From assembly GCA_040954595.2 (NCBI GenBank), contig CM082579.2:3585227-3649226 (forward strand): a DNA stretch of 64,000 nucleotides. Direction: 5' to 3'. The notes beneath the pieces are model-generated. The model was not told the origin of the DNA. It saw only the letters and a program-made list of their open reading frames with translations, and ran no database searches. Both the position numbers and the translations under genes were made by a program. This document shows, in pieces, positions 12,054 through 23,595 of the stretch. The DNA comes from Balanoglossus misakiensis (taxonomy: Eukaryota; Animalia; Hemichordata). Numbering within the stretch: the stretch's first letter is position 1; the number at the start of each line of letters is the position of its first letter.

Positions 12054-13656
12054 GACGATGATTATGATGTCGTGCTGACATTGACCACCCACGCGCGCTC
12101 AGTTCTGCGTCACTCACTGATTTAAAAAAAGAATGGTTCCACTATATGCCTTGTGAAATTGCCAACTACTTCAGCGCAGCTCTTGTATCCGAACCCTTAC
12201 CTCCACAGATATCGGTAGTTGTACCAGAACCTTGGCAGTTCAAGACTCTCACACTGTAGAGATTGGAAGACGGGGCAACACCAACGGAGGATCCGGAAGT
12301 GGTACCGCCACAATGGGTGCCGTGACCATGGCAATCGTTTCCCTGTGAACAGAATGCGTCTTTCATCAAGTGGTGTTTTTACTGGGAGGAGGATGTTGAA
12401 TACGTTACATCTCGCAAACGCCCAATTAATCCAGGAAAACCGATCAGAATGTCATCTGATATTATACCCAAAGTTTGCCATATTAATTGAGTGTCTTTGA
12501 AGTGAATTGTATGTCGCGATGTCTCTGGCAGCCTAGCGGGAGTTGTACATTCAGGCAATTTCAAACAGCTGATAATAAACAAACTTTCTTACGCCATTAG
12601 ATGGTGAGAAATCCCAGAAATAGGAAGCACGGCCGCCATATTCGCTGTGGGAGTGACGGAGACCAGTATCAACAATGTAGACATGGGAACCAGATCCAGT
12701 ACCTGTGGAGGAGGACAACGAAAGAGGCGATGACTTAAGTGATTTAAGAAAAAACGTGTAACCTATAAACAACGTGAATCTCCCACCGGAAAGAGGGGCT
12801 CAGGCAGAGAAAGTATTATGGGGGGGGGGGGGGGTAATAATATTAGCGATTCTTCGTACAAAACTGCGCAGACTCTTCACTGGTTCTAATGATCCACCTA
12901 CCGTAGAGATTCATCTGGCCATTAAGAGGAAGACTTCTCTGGTCGATACGATCCATACCCCATTCAACATCGGCCGTGGTAATCAAATCATCCTGAACGT
13001 ACTCGACATCAGCAAAGGCGCGAACCTGCAGAGATTAGAGTATAATCTACTAAATGTATAATCACGCACTGATTTACTCAAGGCAAAGGGAACTGAATAC
13101 CGCGGGACGTGGGCGACCCAACTAAAAGAACTTTCGCATGTCCCAACACCTCGGATCAAAGCTTTTCATCAAAGTTTAGCTATATTGGCTAAGAGCTTCG
13201 ACCGGTGCCCCCTGATGAACCTGATGTCCATCCCCCCCCCCAAATCTTTTTAGACTTACAGCGTCCAACTCCAGGGTTTCGATGGCAAATCCGCTGAATA
13301 CTTTCTTGTAAACGTAAGTGACCTCAATGGGCACCTGGGATTGCAGTGTCTGCACGAAGCCCTGAACATCAACACCGTCCTGTGAAAAATATCGAAAAGA
13401 AACTTGTTATCTCTTTTTCGAAGTTCTCGTGCTCCAATAAGAAATTACACATTTTAAAATTAAATTGTTGTACCATGTAAACTGTGTTGTATGCATGTGT
13501 ACTATGGTCAGGTTGTGCATGTCCTGAAGCACATACCTTCACTTTGACGAGATAGCTGTTCTGCTTTGCAGTTCCAGTCGTGGATTGGATGTAGGGTGCT
13601 TGAATTACAGCTGATGCTGCAACAGCGATGAGGGCGGCGAATACCAAACAACGCAT
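10944..13656 (-). CDS. Secreted subtilisin-like serine protease (S8A, proteinase K/aqualysin-like), copy 3, complete, 8 coding exons
   Basis: Same exon structure as copy 2: ATG 13656 ([16 protein letters not shown]), DTG exon ~12592-12703, HGTHCGG exon ~12201-12343, SMSLGG/AAGN exon ~11662-11852, GTSMACPHV exon 11387-11558, last exon ending TAG at 10944-10946. AATAAA on minus at 10502-10507. Confidence 0.93.
11990..12053. repeat. (GTT)n microsatellite in a protease copy 3 intron
   Basis: About 21 GTT/GTA units; source of the spurious poly-Q ORF. Confidence 0.9.
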
Positions 13657-13964
13657 CTTGGTTCTGAAACCAGATAAAGACAGTTAGTTGGAGGGTGCGG
13701 GAGGAGGAGAGAGAGACTTTGATTTTCGAGGCGCCGTCTAGCTGAAGACTTGATGGATAAGCAGTGACCTACACAACAATACTGTCAGGAAAACCGCGTC
13801 TCAGATTTTCAAAGGATAACCTGCATTTTTTCCCACAAGCGCAGATCAAATTTGTCAATGTTATTTTTTGTCATAAAGCATAACTGCGATCATACCCATC
13901 CAAGGCGATGGTCATGCATGGCCGCGGAGTAACGGGAGAAATGAAATGAAAAGACAAGAGCCAT

Positions 13965-14125
13965 ACCTGTAGCTGGAGCTGTGTCTGTATATCTGGACGA
14001 TTCAGAGCGTGTAGACTGAAGGCTCGCTGCCTCCCTTATAAGCAATTTCAAGGTGCTTTATCAACGGCCACCTGTCAACTACGACATAAATCTAACCTGG
14101 CCAGGTTGCCCAGGGTCCCACGGAA
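13965..14125 (-). promoter_or_regulatory. Non-coding first exon and proximal promoter of protease copy 3
   Basis: GTATG donor near 13962-13966; TATAA box ~14036-14040 on minus; TGATAAA 14057-14063; CACCTG 14069-14074; CAGGTT 14102-14107; TCCCACGG 14116-14123. Confidence 0.5.
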
Positions 14126-17100
14126 CACACTGGTACACTGGCACGCGATAGCAATGAGCTTGTAAATTTGATAATAGACTAGACGTGTTTAGTACATCCA
14201 ACAGTCGGCGTTTCTCATATGTTTGCACCCGATTTCACCCAAGCTCCAGTAACTCCAACTTGGGGGTATCTTTTAGGTATTTTATATTTTGGATATCAAC
14301 GGTAGTTTCTCGTTCTGCTCCGTCAAGCATAAAGAATTGTTCTATTTTATTTTCCAATACAGCCCTTTTGTAGTAATAATCAGCATAGTAATTGTTTAAA
14401 ATTGAATTCAAATCCGGACTTGAATTCATTTGTCAACAATAACAATGGCCGTTAGTTGTCGTTGACAGGCTTTATTGAGAAGTTAAAGACTGGACATTTC
14501 ATACACAATGCTTTCTGGAGTAGAAATTACGACTTTATACAAGTAACAAATAGCTACTGTTCCTTGCTACCAGCGCCTAGTTTTGCTGGAAGGTCTGAGA
14601 GTTGACGGTTGTGAGATCTTTGGTGTGGATGTTAATGGTGAATAATGTAATAGCATGCATTTGACAACACATTCCTTTCCCGCCAAAAAGTCCAACCGAC
14701 AATTTTTATTAAGATATCATCCAATCAGTTTTGTGATATTTCTAAGCCACAAAGCTAAAACTTTCTGATATGCTAGTTATTCAGTCAATGTCTCTTACAT
14801 GGAGGTATAAGACGGTATTTGTGAATGCGTCTAGCGCTCACGTTGTTAACCTTGTAAGTGGTGTGGTGATTAATTTGCCCTATTCCAAGTTTTTGGTGAT
14901 AGTTGTCATCAAACGCAGCTGATACTGTCTCCACTGACTGTATACAGTAAATGGCGAGTTTTATCGATCTTTGCCACCCCCCCCCCCCCAACCGGACATT
15001 CCTTTTTTAAAAACTTAGGATGTTTTACACAAGCCAATGCTCCGAAAACACATCAACACGGTATACCTAAAGTTTTCCCCTGACATCGCCTGCCTGCAAA
15101 TATACCAGCAGTTTGATGTGATATAAAAATAGGAATCGGAAAGAGTAGAGGTGACAATTCCGTAGAACAGTATTTTAATACCATATGGCCGCATATCGTT
15201 GAGATATTGCAGTAAGCACGCGTGAGTTTGATATGTTATCGAAATTGCCATAATGTTCGGATGATTATCGGTTTTCTTATCTTTACATGAAGTAAAACAC
15301 AATCTATACATGTCTTAGGATACGTTAAAGGTAAAATGTTTCGACCGTGCCCTGCTGCAGCCAAAACAGATGCACAAATGCGCACCCATTCCAATATTCA
15401 TTTGACCGTCAAATTAATTAAATGATCGCATTCCCACTGTAAGATACGAAACAGGACTTTAATCTGTGGACTTATACGAATGCCTTGCTTCAGTTGACTA
15501 CAGGCGTAGCAAGCAAGGTCACTCGGCATTGCAAAACATGTCGTGCGAAAACCAATATCATGTATATGGCTAAATTGGCGCTGTAAATTCTTAACTACCA
15601 CGTGCAGGCCAGCAGCTGAGAGGAAACACAGGAGTTGTGATCTGGTTGATTTATCGCACTTTGCAAAGGGGTACCTTGAAACCAAGTTTCTTTCAAGTTC
15701 TAGCTGGCCGGAGATTAACTGCCTTGGAGGCAACAGCATTGACTGGGAGAGTGGCACACCGTCTTGGATAAGCAGATGTTTCCTGAAAACTACTGAGGCT
15801 GCTCTCTACATTTCTGTCTACCTGTCCGTGCCGCAAATACAACATCAATTCCCCGATTTCTTGCAATTTCCTACAAAGGTTGAGCCTCATTTGTACTACA
15901 TATGTGCGTATATATCTGATCGTCCAAACGGTTTCGACGACTCGCAAACAGATCAACGCAAAGATATTACATATCGCTGACGAGACATTATATTAAAGTT
16001 TTATTGAGGCGAGCCAATTAGTGATCTTGCAAAATAAACACGGGGACCGAAAACAGCCACCTGCGCGTGTTTTAAACTGTTCACCACCTGTTGCATGGAA
16101 GATAAGGTAGACTGCGATAAGCGCATGTATATAGTTATTGACTGGTGTTGTAATGGCACGAAATTGATATCCGGCGTTGACAGAATTAAAACTGACAGAT
16201 AGATGTCAGAATTAAGATACTCAGATGAAAATATCACCAGTGTCACACTTCCACGACAAATTTCCCCATTACATCCATACGTATATAACCTTGTTTGTAG
16301 AAATTCTCGCTATATCCATTAAAAATTACTCAACGCATCCACCAGTCATTGCGCCGATCTTTGTATTCTCGCGAGAGCTAAACTGAGTCTAACAAGTGAG
16401 CTCTACGTCATCGGACAAGTTTAAAATGAACAACAGAATGGGAATTAAAATATTTTAGGCCATTGAAATTTGTGACAAGAATTTCCAAAAATTATAATGA
16501 TAGGCGACAATAGCGCAATTTCTTAAAAAAATATGTAAAGTTTAGAGGGATTACATCGCCAAGGTACTAGTTTTCGGTGCGTGCGATATTTTGATATAAA
16601 TCTTGTTCTTTTTAAGTACGCGATAAAAATAGATTTTTAGATGTCACGCGATGGTTGTATATGTATTAGCAATATAGATGTATGTCATCGTTGACCGCCA
16701 TTCAAGCCTGCAGCAGCTGTACCCGGTACCAGGTCTCTATGTACCGATCCGCACACAATGAGAGGCCTGGGTGACCTATTTCAACTCTATGCTACCAGGT
16801 TTTTGAAGTTTAATACACAGTTGGGGAATGTAAGAAAACGAGTTTAAATTTCCCCTCGAACAGTTTATTCGTAGTCCTTGGTCAAGCTGTCTGTCAGATG
16901 CAAACTACGGACTCTGCAACCAAGTAAACGACGCCTGGTGTTCAGTTTTGCGCTCGCAGATGTCAAATATTGATACGTGATGTACTAGCGATGGCAATAC
17001 GTTCAGTCCTGTGCTCAACTCGACATAAATCATCGGGAAGTTCTGAAAGAACCCATGTACGCCCTCTACAGGCTGAGATGGAACGCTAGGTGTCATCATG

Positions 17101-17551
17101 CGAGCATGTTGTGGATAAGGCGTGCTGAGGGATTGAATTTCAAACCAATGTGTCTGTCCATATCCCGGTCTTCGGTTTGCATATCGTTTGTCCAGGCATT
17201 CTAAAATATGGTGAGTTGCAGTGCTCAGCGACACTGTCATAGGACATTATAAATCGCCAAGCGGGCACGTGTTGGGGCTCGTGGCTGAACGTCTCAACCA
17301 AGCTCTCTAGGCTCATGTCGAAAAGCAATGGTGGTGGTTGCAATTTTCAAGAAACTCTGTTCTCAAGACCCCCTCTTCTGTATTCTAGGGATAACCGGTA
17401 ATGTAATTAAAATACCGAATCCTCCTGGGTTAACATGTGGCTAACCGCTGCTCTTTTATGCCCGCAGAACATCGCAGACGAAGGGAAGCATTGAAAAATC
17501 GCGGCTAAGCTGAGAGGTCCGTGTACTTCATACTTCATATACTTTGCAACA

Positions 17552-20500
17552 ATGGCTGCTTACAGTGGATGCGTGGTTCGCATCAAAACCGACGATGGAG
17601 AATTTGAAGGCGTTATGCACTCTCTTGACGGAAACAGTAAGAAGATCTCACTGAAGAAAGGTGGGTGGTCTCGGAGCTTTTTTACATTGGACCACTGGGC
17701 GCAGTTGTGTGATGCAATTTATTGATAAACTTGAAATCGGTTTGGAAATTGAGCATTCATGCATCGAAGCCTCGTTCTGGTGCGGGGGGGGGGGGGGGTG
17801 TTGGGAAATATGGCACGGCATGTGACAGGTTTGATATTGTATGATTTAATTTTTTGTCACTGAATTTACAACTATTGCTTACATTGGCAGTAATACATTT
17901 AAACTCTGGGAAGAAGTTGAGTGGACTCCTTCATTTCTATGGACATGAGGTGAAAAAGTGTAAGTATTTGCATTTGACAGCTCCACCCACTTTAGAAACA
18001 CTACTTCAGTTATAGTCTTCATGGTCTGCGCTTTTACCCCTTTCTGCAAATGCTTGTCTAATCTCCTTGGGTTAACACTATTTTCACTGCACGTTGTTAG
18101 CCTGAATGGAAATATACCAACACAAAGTCAGTGAAATGTCTTCTAATTTGCTGTAAATCTTTCAGTGGATGTCATCATAGACAAGAATGTATCGACTGAC
18201 GAGACATCTACTGCACCAGAGAATGATAAGTCATCTGATGGTGCCAATCAAGATGGCTACACTGTCGAAGAAGAGAGGGAGAAATCGTAAGTAGGGATAT
18301 TTTAGCTACAGTGTATCTTAAGTAGTCCCCAGAGCAAGTGTATGCATGATTGTGTGGTGGGGCAGGTTCTGCTCACTCTTTTTGAAACACCTATCACTTG
18401 TTTCTTATATGCTTCGAATTCTGCCAGTCTATATTTTTTTGTTTCTGCTTCAATTTTTTCACTTTGCTTTATTAGGTTCATGCTATTCAGTCTTGTACAA
18501 ATAAATAAATTAATGAATATTTTTTTTTCTCGAACACACCATCAACTCAGAGAAATCCGAACTAAGACTGCTGCTGCTACAAAATGCATTCCAACGGGGA
18601 AACCAAGTGAGGGTACAGGCAAATCCCAGAATGCTGATGAGGCTTCGGGCACAGACGTCAAGTCAGCAACATGTAAGTGATGTGATACACAAGTGTGTGT
18701 GCGATGTCTGCATCCCAGACCAAACCCTGGATGTATTAAAATTGTTTGGGGATCGTGCCTTAAAGCACATGTACAAATAGTAATATCATTTCATCGTTAG
18801 CTGAAACTGACTATAACAACAAGCTGTACTGGGTTTGTCAGCTTCATGACCATGTACAGTGTTATTGATATGACAGGTAAAATTTGTATTAGACATGGTA
18901 ATTCTAAATTCTTTTTTTTTTTTACTTATTCCATTCTGTAGTGACTGTTCAGTGTGGAGAAGATGATGGTAAGAAATACAGTGTAGATTACAGTGTAATT
19001 GGTGCAGTTGATGACATCTTCTTTGCTGCGGTAAGTCTGTACTGCATTTCCAAAACCAGAATACCACCCAAGGCAGATACGGTAATCCTACAAAAAGTTT
19101 GTTGTAAGGGATTGTTTAACGTTATTGGCAGGGCCTGAGGCGCTCAATCTTTTTAATCATTACAAAATTTCTTGATATTTAACATTTTTTTAGATTCAGC
19201 ACATTTTACAGCAGAAGTTTATTGCTGTCAACATGGAAGGTGTTCTGATTGGACGAGAGGGTAAAATTTGCCTCATTCAGGTGAGTGGGAGTTGAAGCAC
19301 CATGGACCAGTTTCACGTACGTCTAAGTTAGTATAGATTTACGCCTCATGTCAATAAGATGAAGATGTTCACTGATTCAAAATAGAGGTTCAACTCCAAG
19401 TAAAGATTTTTTCCAGGTAACACAGTGCAAAGTGATGTGGGTCTGACAACAATGGCAGCTTGAAATATGGTGAAAATGATCGAACATTTCTGTCTGCTTC
19501 ACCCGGTAGGTCGCAACTCGACAGCATGTCTTCCTGTTTGACATTCTCAGCCTTGGGTTGGCTGGCTTTAACCAGGGCCTGGGCGCAATACTGGAGTGCA
19601 CGGACATCACCAAGGTAACAGAATGAATCGTCCCTGACTGTTCAACATCATGCAACACTGAAATGTCACGCTACTCATTTGTCCATGATATTTTTGCATA
19701 GAGATGCGTTTATGACTGATTTTCTCATTTAAGGTGATGCACGACTGCAGACAACCTTCCGACGCCTTCTTTCATCAGTATGGGTTGAAGCTAGTGAATG
19801 TCTTTGACACTCAGGTGAGGGGATCTGAGACTTGTTAACCAGGACATGCCGTCCTGAAATGTTAATTGATTCATCTCACTCAGGAAGAAACTCTATTTAA
19901 ACTTTTGCTGTTCTTTAACCTGGAATGTCTCCATGTCTTTTGTAATGCAGCATGTGAGGTAAATTGGTGTCATTGAGAATGAACACACAGGCACATCTCC
20001 AAGTCTTGTAATCAGTGTTTACATCATACCCTCCCATGATTTCACAGGTTGCTGATGTGATTGTCTGGAGAAATAGAAATGGAGGCGACCTACCCAGATA
20101 TGTCAGAGGTCAAGTAGCCTGTCTCTTGGAGCACATGAACTTGACTTTGGACCAGGTTTACTTTCAGAGAGTCCGGAGCAAATGTATTGAGGTGAGTGCA
20201 AAAGAATTAATCCATTTTGATAAATCATTGTCTGTTTGTCGGTTGGTATGTAGTTCATGCTAGATTGACCACAGAATATTTGTAAGTGGTAGAACACCCA
20301 TAGAGTCATAGTTGTCGAACAGTCAAAGAAGCAAGCCCAGAAATTGTCATTAATCACAAACAAGACAGAAAACAATATGGCTGAACAAGTGATAAGGGCT
20401 CTTCAAAAAGAGTGAGAAGACCCTGCTCCAGTACCCAGTCGTCTAATCAGAATGTACGTCTTTCATTTTGCAGATTGACCAAGCTGTGTGGGCAGAGAGA

Positions 20501-22542
20501 CCGTTGCCGCAGTACCTGATTGAAGCTGCTGTCAAAGACGTGATGTACCTGTTAGATCTGCGCATCGTCTTGATGGAGTGTATGTTGGAAGAGTTCACTC
20601 AGGCAGTCGATATCTATCTGGGCGATATAAGAGATAGGCCAAGTGAAACGAATATGAAATCACTGGTGAGTGTAAGACTTGTGATGATGATTCCGGTAGT
20701 TGTTATGTATGTGTACATGTAAGATGTACATGCCAGTGCTCAGCAAAATGCCACTATGAACTTATGTGATATGGAGATTAGTTGCCACATTCACGACCAC
20801 CGAATTGTTTATTGTGATTGTCCATCAGAATACCTTTCATCTCCTACCAAACGCAATCTACGAAATGGCTTCAGAAGCCAAGTGGACGTCTGCTCGCAAC
20901 CATTCCCGTTTTCAAGGAGTCCACCACTGGGATGAGAATGGCTTCCGGGAAAATTACTATCCGCTTATTGATCCAGATCGCTTCTGGAATCGCAGTATGT
21001 GGCACGAAGGGAAGCAATTCACAGAGGCTGCTAAAAGAAAAGGTAACTTAAACTCGTTACGGACCCACTCCCTGTGGTGTACGAAGCCCCAAGGGGTATT
21101 ACAGGTTTGCTCATGTACTTGTATCTCGTCTTTATGTGAACTGTTTACATTTTGAATCATTCATTTTCCTCCCACCTCCTCCAGTAGACCCATCAACTGT
21201 AACTTCGAGAAGAGCAACCCATCTTTCCCCGAATCAGCACCCACTGCCTCCCATGAAAAGTTGCGAGCAAATCAGCAGTCAGACACCCCCAGATTTGAAG
21301 CCATCAGGGGTGGAACCACCAGACGAGGTGGCATCCCTTGCTGCAAAGACCATGTCGCCGGCCGGCATGTCTGACAGCTCATCGGAGAGCGACTCAGATA
21401 GCTCGAGTGGCGCGGCCGATGAACATATGAACCTGTTGATCGATCAGATTGCCAGCATAAACGCCCGTACCGAGGAAAGGAATGGAAGTAGATCAAATCT
21501 TGGTAGCATCAAAGCAAAGGAGGGAATACAAGCGTTGGTTGGTGAGAGCAAGTCAGAATCCAACAGTTCAAGGGAGAAGCATATCCGTGTTGACAAGAAG
21601 AGTGACATGGAGGGCATCGAAAAAGTGCATCTGGTGGAAAAAGAAGAACAACAGAAATGTAACGGCAATGTTTCAGAAAGCGAGATGGCGGAGGACAGGG
21701 CGGCAACCACTCGGGAGAAGTTAAAATCCCTGCTGGAAATCATCCAGACCAAATTTAAACCTAAGAGTAGCAGCCAAGCTGGGGCAGGCTTGTCTCAGAG
21801 TCAGTCTGAGAAGAGCGGTGGTATGTTGTGGAAGAGTGAAACCAGGGTATCATCATCATCATCATCATCGTCATCATCATCATCATCGTCATCATCTCTC
21901 ACAGAGAATGCCACGCCCTCTGACAGATCCCCCATGAACGGTGGGCTGGATGTCTCGTCCACTTCTTGCCGCAAAAACAATCAAAACTTCATCACGCCAG
22001 ACGAGCTGATGGACACTGATGATGGTTTCTTCATAGACGGCACGTGCTACAGTCCCAGCGTTCCCCTACCAGGGGGTGACAATGTAGTGAAACGCGAAAC
22101 TGGTTTTGAGACCACCACCCCATCCAAAGCTGGTCAGTCAGTCGAGAGTCGTGTTGTTGCAGTCAAACAGTCCCCCGCTGAAGAAGGTGAGAGGGAAGTG
22201 GCCAGTGAGCAGTATTTGCCAGAGGGAGAAGATGGTGACCATCGTTCAGAGAGCCAGCAGAGAGGAGTCACAGGTGACAGTCTCGTACAAAGTGAGGAGG
22301 AGGCAGTCGATGGGTGTCAATTAACCCCTGGTCAGAGAGAGTTTATTGGTGGACGCAACTCGCCAAGTGAGACTCTACCAAAGTTTGGAATGGGTAGAGC
22401 CACTGCTCTGCACTCCCACACTGACATGGTTAACCGGCTGAGATCCCCAAAGGTAATGGTTTATTCTGATCTGATATTGTCTTTACATCGCAAATACTCT
22501 CAAAGAACGCGACAGATCAAAGAAACTTGTTTCGGCGCATGA
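17552..22542 (+). CDS. EXD1: piRNA biogenesis protein EXD1 (Lsm-like N-terminus, DEDD 3'-5' exonuclease-like domain, long disordered C-terminus), multi-exon
   Basis: ATG 17552 starts MAAYSGCVVRIKTDDGEFEGVMHSLD (Sm/Lsm fold). Later exons encode FIAVNMEGVLIGREGKICLIQ, VFLFDILSLG, VMHDCRQPSDAFFHQYGLKLVNVFDTQVADV and WAERPLPQYLIEAAVKDVMYL, matching the EXD1 family as I recall it. Large Ser-rich terminal exon ~21185-22542. AATAAA at 23235-23240. Confidence 0.85.
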
Positions 22543-23595
22543 CAGTGCTCTACGTCTTGAATACTGAAAGCATGCTCTGTTCTCACCTGCAGGATTTATT
22601 TCGTATGCGTGGCAGTATTGTGGAATGCGACTTCCCATTGGATGAAGAATTGCATCAAACCCGCCAGAGGAGATATACACCAATGAGAAAACAGGATTCA
22701 AAGTAGAAACTACATTGATATACCTCTGTTAAGTGCATGATTATATGACTCTGTGTTCATCCCTTAGGAATACAATGTATGCAAGTTTTAGAGTGCTTAT
22801 ACTGTATAGGTGTTTTCATGTAGGTTTTATGTACAGTTCGTGTTTTAATATAGCCCTCCTTTGATTATCATAGTACATGTACCGGTATGTAAACTCTGAT
22901 CCATGTGTTAAAAATTTAGAGAAGTCATTTTTTTCTATTACCGAGTACTCATTTTCCAGAAACTACACACCATAGCTGTCATCATAACCCAGAAAACAAG
23001 CCAGAATAGACACATTTTTTCAGTGCTCAATATCCGTATTATGAAGCTGGACAGAATGTGATATTAATTGCACACACCGTTAGGTACAAGGGACAATTAT
23101 GATGTACTGTTGGTTACAGTAACCACACCGTGGCCAAGATATCCATCATTATCATATGTCAAAGGTCAAATAACTTTTTTGTACTTGTCAGTCACTGTCA
23201 ATGACATGGCTCCATTCTGTTTTCTTCACTAAAAAATAAAATGCCACTACGTTTAGTTGATGTGAAAACAATATTGTCTGTTTTATTCCATTGTGCTTAT
23301 ACATTTAATGTATTTGTACATAAAAAAGGACCTTTCATTTGAAATCTACACAAGATTTTCTTGACATCATCTAACGAAAGTCAAAGCCGTATTAAACCAA
23401 GGCACAGTACACTATTGTGAGATGATGCACATTCTCCAAAAATCTCAATTCAAAGATTATATTACCCAGATAATTGGTCATACTATTTGGTTATTATCCC
23501 CTTGAATTAAAAAGTTTTTCCCCAAAAAAACATAGCCAGTTCAGGTCACTCTCACTAGTTCAGTTACTGTTGTATATTTTAGTTGTCTACTGCTG

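Noticed and set aside
11638-12117. 159-aa ORF with poly-Gln
   Set aside because: Intronic (GTT)n read in frame with a protease exon; splice sites delimit the true exon.
16725-16776. Short imperfect inverted repeat (GGTACCAGGTCTCT / AGAGGCCTGGGTGACC)
   Set aside because: Only about 14 bp with indels; cannot be separated from chance without a genome-wide search.
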